DNA of 64,000 bases, taken from positions 26,848 through 90,847 of the forward strand of contig JBAZJR010000004.1 of assembly GCA_041651195.1 (NCBI GenBank), written 5' to 3'. The stretch comes from Patescibacteria group bacterium. Its GTDB lineage: Bacteria; Patescibacteriota; Patescibacteriia; Patescibacteriales; UBA12465. Of the stretch, positions 17,645-26,498 are shown one piece after another. The position numbers were made by a program, and so were the translations under genes. How positions within the stretch are numbered: position 1 is the first letter of the stretch; the number at the start of each line of letters is the position of its first letter. The notes beneath the pieces were generated by a model that saw nothing but the letters and a program-made list of their open reading frames with translations, had not been told where the DNA came from and did no database searches.

Positions 17645-20347
17645 ATGACTAAAAAAAATAAATTAATCATCCTGATTTTTGCTTTTTTAGGAATGATTTT
17701 AGCGGCTGATTTTGCGTTAGCGGCTGATTTTGGTTTGGATATAGTAAATAATGGTTTAGGAGGTTCATTGGCGGCGACCGATCCGCGGATTGTCGCGGGA
17801 CGGATCATCCAGATCGCTTTGAGTTTTTTGGGCGCTATCGCGGTGATTCTGATTATGGCGGCCGGTTTTTTGTGGACTACCTCCGGCGGCGATGAAGAGA
17901 AGATAACGCGAGCCAAAGCCATCCTCCGGAATGCCATTATCGGATTAGTGATCATTTTATCCGCTTGGGGAATAGCGACTTTCGTCCTATCGCGTTTGTT
18001 AGATGCGACCGGCGGGACGGGCGGCACAAGCTATCCAGGCGGTAGCGGTGGAAGCTTTTCTAACCCTGGTATTGGCGCGATTGGCGCTTGTAGTATCGAG
18101 AGTTTTTACCCGGCGCCTAATCAGTCGGAAGTGCCGCGCAATACTTCGATCATGGTTACTTTCAAAGAAGCGGTTAAGGCGGATAATCTGTGTTCTAATG
18201 CTTCGGGCACGGTCTGCGCCTGTAATAATACGGATTGCAATAAGATAAATCCGGCCGCCATCCGCGTTTACAAGACTGATTTAGGAGACGCTTGTCCCGG
18301 GTCTTCTTGCCCCGCTCCGAACGGCAATATTACGGATATTTATCTTTCCGTAGCGAGCGGCAATAAGACTTTGATATTAACGCCAGCCAGCCTTCTCGGC
18401 GTATCGAGCGGCAATACGGATTATTCAGTGAAATTAACGAATCAGCTTAAGAAATCCGATGGCTCTTCAATATTTAAGAATTGCGACGCTGATTACGCGG
18501 CATGGAATTTTACGGTCACGAGCAGCCTGGATCTGATACCGCCTCTAGTTGCCCCGTCCGGGATATTTCCTCTGCCTGATAATGAACAAGATGTTTTTCA
18601 GACCACGATTCCGGCTAAGGCGGCCAGCGGCGCTATCGCCGTCAGCGTTTGTCCGAAAATTTATTCACCCGCTCAGGTTAAAGCAGTCAGTCCAATCGGC
18701 ACCAGCCCGACTAAGGTCCAAGTAGATTTAGATTATCATGGCTCTTTATCTTCTTTTAAGGTAGTCGTTCCGGCGGGCTCGCCTAATAAAGCGCAATTGT
18801 TCGATGGTAACAACAATCCTCTTGGCATTGCTGATTTTGATTCTTCGGGCCGCGCCTCTTTTAAGGACATTCTATCTTTTACCAGTTCGACCCATTTAGA
18901 GGGGAACGCTTGGGATATTTCCATCAGTCCGGAGCAATTAGCTGACACTTTGACGGTTAATGGCACTGTCTATACTTTTGCTGCCACAGGTGAAAACGAT
19001 AATATCCCCGTGCCGAGTAGCTGTAATAATGTGACCCAAGCTTTGAATATCCAGGCCGAGTTGAGCGGACACCCTGATATCGTCGTTGATCGTATCGGCC
19101 ATATTGTCTCTTTAGCGGCTAAAGTCGCGGGACAGAGCGGTAACAATATTGCCGTGACGACGACTAATACAGATGCCTTGGCGATAACGCCCTTAGCAGG
19201 AGGTAGCGACGGCCAGAAGCTGGATCAGATGAAAGATAAGAAGGATCGGCCAATGAATTCTGCTATCCAGATTAATTTCAGCGAAGCGGTCAATCCGCTC
19301 ACTATTTCCGGTTCAGCTGTCGAAGTCGCTAAGTATATCCGCGTCGTGAATGCGTCCGCTTCCAGCAGCCCGGCCGGAACTTTCTGTAATAGCGATGCGG
19401 CCTGCCGCTCTTATAAATGTGAAAATAGTGTTTGCGTGGGAGATTATCTGGGCGGGAAATTTACAGTCAGTAATGGCTATCGGACTGTCGAATTTATTTC
19501 TGATCGGGAATGCGGCTTGAACGGATGCGGCGAAAAGATTTATTGTTTACCCGCCAATAGCCATTTAGCCGTCGAATTGATGGCCGCTAATTTAAAAACT
19601 TGCAATACTGACGCGGATTGCTTGGCTTATAGCCCTTTTAAGACCTGTTCTGATACGCCGCTCGGCTATAAGACCTGCCAGAATCCGGAAAATAAGAATT
19701 ATCCGGCCGCGAATCTCAGCAGCCTCGATGGCATTATCGACGCCGCGGTTAATTCTTTCGACGGCGATCGCAGCGCTTTTGCCGACGGCCCCCGGAGCTT
19801 TTATTATGATAATTATAGCGCTACATCCCCGGTCAATATCGGCCAGCAAGATAAGTATAAATGGTCTTTCTATATTAACGACCAAATTATGTTGAATCCG
19901 CCGCAGATTACGGCTATCAAGCCTGTCCAGGGCGAGGGAGCCGTGAAGCTGATTGACCCGGTCGAAATTCATTTCAATACTTTGATGTTGAATAGCACTT
20001 TGCGGACCGGTAGTATCGCTATCGATAATGGTAATTCTAAGACTGAGCATAAATTGATAAATTTACGTAGCACTTCTGTTGCCCCTTTGGGGTATTGGGT
20101 CTTGAATGATAATTTAGATTCCGCCCCTTTCGATGGCGAGCCAGATCTGACGGTCGCTAAGATTTGGCATTCGCCATTCGCCCAATCATCGACTTTTAAA
20201 GCACAGGTTGGTTCGGGCGTTAAAGATATTTATCAGAATTGTTTTAAGCCAAGCGTTGGGCCGGATTGTGCTGTAACGCCAGATCAGCCGTCCTGCTGTT
20301 TCGGCAACCCGACGAGCATTTTGGGCGCGGATGGGGATTGCCAATAA
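17645..20347 (+). CDS. Large surface protein: signal peptide, VirB2/TrbC-like double-TM hairpin, Gly-rich linker, Ig-like (Big_5/SbsA-type) segments and Cys-rich modules
   Basis: This is a 900-aa ORF with signal peptide ..FALA/ADFG. Two hydrophobic helices flank the charged loop TSGGDEEKITRAKAILRN. There are three P-x-x-x-V...I.I.F.E.V type Ig-like starts (FYPAPNQSEVPRNTSIMVTFKEAV, MNSAIQINFSEAVNP, ITAIKPVQGEGAV..IHFNT). Confidence 0.9.
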   Translation: MTKKNKLIILIFAFLGMILAADFALAADFGLDIVNNGLGGSLAATDPRIVAGRIIQIALSFLGAIAVILIMAAGFLWTTSGGDEEKITRAKAILRNAIIGLVIILSAWGIATFVLSRLLDATGGTGGTSYPGGSGGSFSNPGIGAIGACSIESFYPAPNQSEVPRNTSIMVTFKEAVKADNLCSNASGTVCACNNTDCNKINPAAIRVYKTDLGDACPGSSCPAPNGNITDIYLSVASGNKTLILTPASLLGVSSGNTDYSVKLTNQLKKSDGSSIFKNCDADYAAWNFTVTSSLDLIPPLVAPSGIFPLPDNEQDVFQTTIPAKAASGAIAVSVCPKIYSPAQVKAVSPIGTSPTKVQVDLDYHGSLSSFKVVVPAGSPNKAQLFDGNNNPLGIADFDSSGRASFKDILSFTSSTHLEGNAWDISISPEQLADTLTVNGTVYTFAATGENDNIPVPSSCNNVTQALNIQAELSGHPDIVVDRIGHIVSLAAKVAGQSGNNIAVTTTNTDALAITPLAGGSDGQKLDQMKDKKDRPMNSAIQINFSEAVNPLTISGSAVEVAKYIRVVNASASSSPAGTFCNSDAACRSYKCENSVCVGDYLGGKFTVSNGYRTVEFISDRECGLNGCGEKIYCLPANSHLAVELMAANLKTCNTDADCLAYSPFKTCSDTPLGYKTCQNPENKNYPAANLSSLDGIIDAAVNSFDGDRSAFADGPRSFYYDNYSATSPVNIGQQDKYKWSFYINDQIMLNPPQITAIKPVQGEGAVKLIDPVEIHFNTLMLNSTLRTGSIAIDNGNSKTEHKLINLRSTSVAPLGYWVLNDNLDSAPFDGEPDLTVAKIWHSPFAQSSTFKAQVGSGVKDIYQNCFKPSVGPDCAVTPDQPSCCFGNPTSILGADGDCQ

Positions 20348-20387
20348 AATAAAAAGTTAAGATATAAATTCCAAAATTTACAAAATT

Positions 20388-23300
20388 GTGCCTCAAAAAA
20401 TTTTAAAACATTTATTATCATTCATTCTATTAGCAGCCGGATTTCTGGTTGCACCGGCGGTTTTAGCGCAGGGTTTCGGCGTTAATGAGGTAAACAATGG
20501 TTTGTCCGGCTCGCTTACGGCGACGGATCCGCGGACCGTGGCCGGGCGGGTAATCAATATCATCCTGGGTTTCTTAGGGGTAATCGCTGTCGGCTTGATC
20601 TCTTACGCCGGCTTCTTATGGCTGACTTCTAACGGTAATGAAGAAAAGATAGAAACGGCAAAAAAAATCTTGCGCAATGGGATAATCGGTCTAGTCATAA
20701 TTCTAGCTTCTTGGGGGATCGCGATGTTTATTTTGACCCGGTTTGGTGGCACGGGCGGGAATTCCGCGGGCGGCTGCTATGAAGGGGAAGTCGCTTCTTG
20801 CGGTTGTGGAGGAGCTATGGTTTGTAGCGGCGGAAGCTTTGGCTCTTGTATCGGCTCTGATTGCGGTGGCAATAACGGTGGCGGACCGGAAAGCTGTGAC
20901 TCTAGCCTGAGTGCCGGTTGTCAAGCGGCTGATCAGATTTGCGCCCCGGGGAAATATTGCGACAATAACGACTGTGGCTGTAAGCCGAAAGGCAATTTGG
21001 GCGATCCCTGCAATATCGACGCAACCGGTGGCACCTGCACGCCTGATAATAATCGTTGCGCCGACTACTTATCTTGTAATCCGCAAAGTTGCTTATGTTA
21101 CGGCCCGCCGGTCATTACGGAAATCAGTCCCTTGGGCGGTTTTTGCCAGGAAAACGCTAATAAATCCTGTTTCCAAGATAGCGATTGCGCAACGGTTTGC
21201 GACCTGACCACCCCTAATGGTACGGCGCATAATTTTATTACGATAATTGGCAAGAATTTTGGCGCCTATTCTTCGTCCAGCCAGGTGATTTTTGCGGCCA
21301 GCACTACGCCGGTAATTGGCAATGAGCCATCGAGCCTTAATTCGGCCTGCTTGGACACTTGGCGCGATGACCAAATCGTGATCGCCGTTCCAGCCGGTGT
21401 CAGTACCGGACCGATCAAGGTAGTCAATAAAGACGGACTCAGTGATACCACCGGCAATGATTATGGTCCGTCGATTGCCGATTTCCGGGTTAACGGGATT
21501 AATCGCCCCGGTTTATGCTATCTTGACCCTAGCCGCGGCGTCCTAACTACCGCTGTCGGCTATCAAGGCATCAATCTCTATACAGGTCAAGCTTACTTCG
21601 GTAATTATGAAAATAATGTCAAAGCCTTAGATTCCCAGTTTGTCGACAGCTCCGGTTTATCCGGGACCTCGACGACGCCGAATATTCGACCTGGCGATTC
21701 CGGCAGCTTTATTCAGAGCGAACTTAACGGTTTGCCGGAGAAGAGTAATTACTTGCGTTTTACTAAGGAGTCAGAGCCTGGCGCCGGACCTTATATTTCC
21801 TCTTTTTATCCTACCAGCGGCAACGCCGGGCAGTATGTCACGATCCGGGGAAATTTGTTTGGCGGCGCCCGCGGCACTTCACGCGTTTATTTCGATGATA
21901 TCGAAGCGACTTATGATTTTCCAGAAATGTGTCTGAATTCGGTATGGAAAAATAACCAGATAGTCGTCAAGGTGCCAGCCGGCTTAGCTGACGGCTACCA
22001 TACTATCAAGCTGACTATCGGCGCGACAACGGTCGATACGCAAAAATTAAATCCTAATTCTTTCCGTTTTGATAAGAATCTAGAACTAAGATCCAGCTTA
22101 TGCAAGATCGAGCCGGAGCGCGGTCCAGCCGACACGCCAGTGACTCTTTGGGGAGAATATTTCGGGCGGCTAGGCAGCGAGGGCTTGGTTAAATTCAATT
22201 ATGATAAATCAGCGACGGGGACGATCGAAAAAGACGGCCGAGCGAATATGATCGAGACAACCGTTCCAGCCGGAGCGATTACCGGTCCGGTTCGCGTTAT
22301 TAATAATAGTGTCTGGGGGAATGAGATGAATTTTTCTATCGGGGAATGTATGGTCGACTCTGATTGTGGTACGCAAGTCTGTTGTCCGAAGAATACTTAT
22401 CGGTCCGGCCGCTGCGCCCAGGCGCTAGCCGACTGTTTTATTGATATTCCTAATTCAGTTTTTGAATGGAGCTTTAATACTAGCTTTAATGCCTCGGATG
22501 ATCCAACTACTGCCAGTTGCGCCGGTTTAGCCAGTTATTTCGGCGCTTGCCAGACCGGCTCAGCCTGTCCTAATGTCCCCGGCTCTTGTTCTCCTTATGC
22601 CGGTGGCGGCCAAAAGATAGTCGCCGATTGCGATTATAGCTGTGCTGCCTTCACCGGCTGCGGCCTATTGGGCGCTGCTTGCCATTATGACTCGACTATC
22701 GATAAGTGCGTGCAGAATGAGGCTGTCGGTAATTGCGATTTGGCTAAGACAATTACTTATGAACGGGATGGCCAAGATTATCAGGTTCCAGCTGTTTGTA
22801 ACGTTGCTAAAAATTGGGAAATAACCTTGAATTCTTCCTGTCCAGATGGCTGGACTAAGTCTAGCGGTAATAAATGCGTTGATTTGAATTCCACTTGCGC
22901 GGTTTGCGCTGCCGGCTTGGCTTGTGAAAAGATTCAGCCGACCGATACGGTTGGACATTGCGTTTCCGCTAAAGTCTGTCCGAGCGGCGCGGTCTGCGCT
23001 GATAATTTTCAGGACGGCCAAGATAAATGCGTCGTGCCAGATAAAGCGACTTGCGACTGTTGCTGTACGATCGGTCAGGACGCTCGTGATTGTTGTGCCC
23101 CCTTGAAATGTGAAGGCTCCTGTGGCGCCGATACCGGTAAGACCAATAATGTAACTTTGGGCCGTTGCGGCGGCTGCAAAGCGGCTGGTGATACGCCGGC
23201 GGAACGCGATGCCGCTTGCAATTGCTCGGGGCATAGCGGCCAGTTCTGCGAGATTAATGATCCACGTTTTCCAGATGGCGTCTGTTCAGACTGCGCTAGC

Positions 23301-26300
23301 TTATCCGGGCAGGATTGTAGCGACCACAGTAGCGCCTGCTGTTTAGACGCCCGCAAGACAGCGGCGACAGCCGACGATATTTGTCGCGGCGGCGATGGGC
23401 AAGCTTTGACTACGGACAAGAATAATCCAGATTTTGGTTATTGCGCTTATTATAAATGTGAAAGCTTGGACTCTGTGCCTCCTGGCGATCCGACTAAATG
23501 CGCTTCGTCTACGCCATTTAAGATCGGCAATTATCCGAGTGTGGCCGCCTGTGCCGCGGATTGTCTGGACAATGACCCTTGTTCCGGCATTACTGATATC
23601 ACTAAATGCCAAGAACATAGTAATTGTTGTTTTGATGCTAAGATCACGGGAGCGGCTAAATGCCGCTTGGGCGCTCCGATTGCCGGTAGTAGCAGTAACG
23701 GCTATTGTGCTTATTATGATTGTGCCACTGATCCCGTTGGCAATAGTTATTGCGCTTCTTCTACCCCGATTAAGTCCGGTACTTATAGCAGTCTCGAATC
23801 TTGCGATAAATATTGCGCTAATCCGCCAAGTGGCCCCGGCCTATCTTGCAACGGCCTGACGAGCGACACTTGCGCTAGTGAGAAGTGTAATTTTCCGAAT
23901 TTTGCCTGTTTGTTGGATAGCGGCCAATTAGGCGTTTTGCCGCCGGATTGCGGCGCTTGTTGCTGCCAGCCCGGCGCGACGACAACCTCCCCTTTTGATC
24001 CTAATTTGATATGGCAGTGCTTGCCTGATAAGGGGAATTGCACTGGCGCTAATCGGGGCTTGTATTGCGGCTGCAGCAGCGATGAGCAGTGTGGCCTTAA
24101 TACGATCGGAACGATTGGCTGTGGTTCTGATACTTGTTGCCAGGCTCGTCCGGAAATTACGGCGACTTCACCGGCACATTTGGCGGATAAAGTCTGCCGC
24201 AACGCCTTAGTGAAAGTTGACTTTAATTCGAATATGGATGTGACGAGCTTTAATGGGAACGTCTTGCTCTTAGAGGAACGTGAATATGATAGCGGTGTCT
24301 GTCCAGCCGGGACCTTTATTGCCCAGGGCGACTCTTTGGCCGATATATTGGCTCAGAAGAATAAGGTTTGGTTAGCGCGCCTTCTCGATAAGCTGCAAGC
24401 TGGTATAGTGCGGTTAACTAGATATTTTTCCGACCAGGCTTTTGCTAATCCGCCCAGCGATAGCAAATTATATTGCTCTGTCCCTGGCACCGCCTCCGGC
24501 GAGAATAATGGTGACTATAGTTCTCTAATTTTCGCGCCGCAAAAACTACTCTCTCCCGCGACCAATTACTATTTAGTGGTTAAAGGCGATGAAAATCTCA
24601 ATAGCAAGACGGGCGTTTTAAGCGCTGTGGCTATCGGTTTCAATGGTAAAGGTTATGGCAATGACGCAAATCTCAGCTCTTATATCCTGTCTAAGGATTT
24701 GAAGTTCAATAATCAGAGTTATATTAACGCGCAAATCATCAAGTTCAGCACGCTATCCGATCAGAGCCCGAGTGCCGGCATTTGCGCTGTCGACGAGGTA
24801 TTTGTCAATCCATCATCTTATCTTTTTAAAACTACGGAGAATAGTTTGGATGAAAATGACGCTGCCCCCGGACATCGGACCTTTGATACGATAGCTGATC
24901 GCGATCGGGTCTTTACGGCCTATGCCTATAGCGCTGATAAGCAGCTGCTTCAGCCAGTCACCGGCTATTTTTGGCGCTGGAATCTCACGGTGGATAATCC
25001 GGACATTGCGGCCATTAATCCGATTCCTGGCCTGCCCGCCAATCAAGCTTTTGTTTACGCGCGTGGCGGCATTACTGACGGCGAAACGAAAATCAAGGCG
25101 ACCATAGATATGTCGAGCTTTTTAGACGGCTGCGCCGGAGGAAAGTGTTCTTGCCAAGATGCGCTTTGCAGCAATCGATGTTGTAATGCTTATTCTGGTG
25201 GCGACGGGTTTAATCAATCCAGCAATCTTTATGTTTTCTTGTGCAATAATCCTTGGCCGTCAGTCGGTCCAAACGGCGAATGGCTGCCCTGGGCAGACAA
25301 CAGCGTAAACTGCTTATCCGGCTCCGGGGACTGCAGCAGCTATAATTATAAATTTTATTATTGTCGGGATGCCGGCGGGAATGGAACTTTAGATGATTTG
25401 CCAGCTATCAGTGATCCCGCTGTCGTTCGTGGTACGAGCGCTAATCTTTTATGCAGTTCTGACCGCACACCTTGCTCCGTTTTGAATGGCGCTTGCGGTC
25501 CGGATCAGAATGGCGATGGGACGGCCGACGGTTTCTGCCTTTGGGATGTCTTGAAAGAATCATATTTCTTCCGTGCTGGTTTGCCGGCGGGCGGGGAAGT
25601 TACAGGGGCTAGCGATGTCCAGACTAGTGGCGCGGTTCGAGTCACTTGGTCAGCTGCGGCCAGCCAGGCAAGCGCCTATAAAGTTTATTATTTAGGTTCC
25701 AGTCAGGGCAACATGGCGAGCCGGGAGGTCAAAGCATCTGAAGCCTGTACGACCGTTGGCACACTCCATAATTGCCAGACGGTAATCACTGGCTTGAAGA
25801 ATAATATTCCCTATGTTTTTAAAGTTACCGTCCTGTCCGTCAACCGGACAGAGACCCAATTAACCGGCGAAAAGACCGCGACGCCGACCGATAAGACTGT
25901 CCCTGCTGCGCCGCTCGGTTTGCTTGCCGCCCCGGCCGGCGACCAATTAAGATTCTCATGGGCTAATAATACCGATGACGCTTCTTTCTATCGCTTATAC
26001 CATGGTTTCAGCGCCGGACAGCACGGCGAGTCTTTTGATTCCGCGGTTGGCGCTACCAGCTTGGTTTATCCGTTAGACAGCCTGATCGTCGGCCGCCATT
26101 ACTTTGCCTTATCCGCCCTTGATAGCTATAAGAATGAAAGTACAAAATCCAGCGATTTTAACTTAGAACGGCAATCCGCTAATTCTTTGACTATTGGTAA
26201 TCGTTCTTATCGCTTAGCTGCCGATAATTGGTGGTATGCGGCTCCTAATTTGTCCGATCTCTCTGACGACCGCGCTTGTCTAGTTGAATTGAGCGTTGCT

Positions 26301-26489
26301 GATGAGACCGGAGAAATAGCCTGTAATGACGACCTTCTTACCGCTGAAAGCACTCGGTGGTTTACCGGGCAGATTAAAGGCGCAGCGGGGAATCCTTATT
26401 GCGCGACTGCGGCTTGTTCTGTCCAGATAAATCCTAATTCTTGCCGTTTAGGCGGGAGCTTGACTGGGGCTTGTTATATTCATGATTAG
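20388..26489 (+). CDS. Giant (2033 aa) cysteine-rich surface protein: the same VirB2/TrbC-like N-module, IPT/TIG repeats, Cys-rich modules, an Ig-like segment and two FN3 domains
   Basis: The start is GTG and there is no in-frame ATG near the N-terminus. The N-terminal ~125 aa are paralogous to the previous gene. There are four IPT/TIG-like units (ITEISPLGG..ITIIGKNFG, ISSFYPTSGNAGQYVTIRGNLFG, CKIEPERGPADTPVTLWGEYFG). FN3-like units (VRVTWSAAAS..YKVYY and LRFSWANN..YRLYHG) lie near the C-terminus. Confidence 0.9.
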   Translation: MPQKILKHLLSFILLAAGFLVAPAVLAQGFGVNEVNNGLSGSLTATDPRTVAGRVINIILGFLGVIAVGLISYAGFLWLTSNGNEEKIETAKKILRNGIIGLVIILASWGIAMFILTRFGGTGGNSAGGCYEGEVASCGCGGAMVCSGGSFGSCIGSDCGGNNGGGPESCDSSLSAGCQAADQICAPGKYCDNNDCGCKPKGNLGDPCNIDATGGTCTPDNNRCADYLSCNPQSCLCYGPPVITEISPLGGFCQENANKSCFQDSDCATVCDLTTPNGTAHNFITIIGKNFGAYSSSSQVIFAASTTPVIGNEPSSLNSACLDTWRDDQIVIAVPAGVSTGPIKVVNKDGLSDTTGNDYGPSIADFRVNGINRPGLCYLDPSRGVLTTAVGYQGINLYTGQAYFGNYENNVKALDSQFVDSSGLSGTSTTPNIRPGDSGSFIQSELNGLPEKSNYLRFTKESEPGAGPYISSFYPTSGNAGQYVTIRGNLFGGARGTSRVYFDDIEATYDFPEMCLNSVWKNNQIVVKVPAGLADGYHTIKLTIGATTVDTQKLNPNSFRFDKNLELRSSLCKIEPERGPADTPVTLWGEYFGRLGSEGLVKFNYDKSATGTIEKDGRANMIETTVPAGAITGPVRVINNSVWGNEMNFSIGECMVDSDCGTQVCCPKNTYRSGRCAQALADCFIDIPNSVFEWSFNTSFNASDDPTTASCAGLASYFGACQTGSACPNVPGSCSPYAGGGQKIVADCDYSCAAFTGCGLLGAACHYDSTIDKCVQNEAVGNCDLAKTITYERDGQDYQVPAVCNVAKNWEITLNSSCPDGWTKSSGNKCVDLNSTCAVCAAGLACEKIQPTDTVGHCVSAKVCPSGAVCADNFQDGQDKCVVPDKATCDCCCTIGQDARDCCAPLKCEGSCGADTGKTNNVTLGRCGGCKAAGDTPAERDAACNCSGHSGQFCEINDPRFPDGVCSDCASLSGQDCSDHSSACCLDARKTAATADDICRGGDGQALTTDKNNPDFGYCAYYKCESLDSVPPGDPTKCASSTPFKIGNYPSVAACAADCLDNDPCSGITDITKCQEHSNCCFDAKITGAAKCRLGAPIAGSSSNGYCAYYDCATDPVGNSYCASSTPIKSGTYSSLESCDKYCANPPSGPGLSCNGLTSDTCASEKCNFPNFACLLDSGQLGVLPPDCGACCCQPGATTTSPFDPNLIWQCLPDKGNCTGANRGLYCGCSSDEQCGLNTIGTIGCGSDTCCQARPEITATSPAHLADKVCRNALVKVDFNSNMDVTSFNGNVLLLEEREYDSGVCPAGTFIAQGDSLADILAQKNKVWLARLLDKLQAGIVRLTRYFSDQAFANPPSDSKLYCSVPGTASGENNGDYSSLIFAPQKLLSPATNYYLVVKGDENLNSKTGVLSAVAIGFNGKGYGNDANLSSYILSKDLKFNNQSYINAQIIKFSTLSDQSPSAGICAVDEVFVNPSSYLFKTTENSLDENDAAPGHRTFDTIADRDRVFTAYAYSADKQLLQPVTGYFWRWNLTVDNPDIAAINPIPGLPANQAFVYARGGITDGETKIKATIDMSSFLDGCAGGKCSCQDALCSNRCCNAYSGGDGFNQSSNLYVFLCNNPWPSVGPNGEWLPWADNSVNCLSGSGDCSSYNYKFYYCRDAGGNGTLDDLPAISDPAVVRGTSANLLCSSDRTPCSVLNGACGPDQNGDGTADGFCLWDVLKESYFFRAGLPAGGEVTGASDVQTSGAVRVTWSAAASQASAYKVYYLGSSQGNMASREVKASEACTTVGTLHNCQTVITGLKNNIPYVFKVTVLSVNRTETQLTGEKTATPTDKTVPAAPLGLLAAPAGDQLRFSWANNTDDASFYRLYHGFSAGQHGESFDSAVGATSLVYPLDSLIVGRHYFALSALDSYKNESTKSSDFNLERQSANSLTIGNRSYRLAADNWWYAAPNLSDLSDDRACLVELSVADETGEIACNDDLLTAESTRWFTGQIKGAAGNPYCATAACSVQINPNSCRLGGSLTGACYIHD
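23313..23816 (+). repeat. Tandem protein-level repeat (2 units of about 70-84 aa) inside the giant protein
   Basis: Unit 1 (23313-23564) reads DCSDHSSACCLDA...GYCAYYKCES...KCASSTPFKIGNYPSVAACAADC. Unit 2 (23604-23816) reads KCQEHSNCCFDAK...GYCAYYDCAT...YCASSTPIKSGTYSSLESCDKYC. Confidence 0.75.
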
Positions 26490-26498
26490 TTAAATTAT

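Noticed and set aside
17629-18027. A 132-aa minus-strand ORF overlapping the start of the 900-aa gene.
   Set aside because: It is the mirror frame of the hydrophobic pilin-like module. The plus-strand reading is supported by the paralogous module in the next gene.
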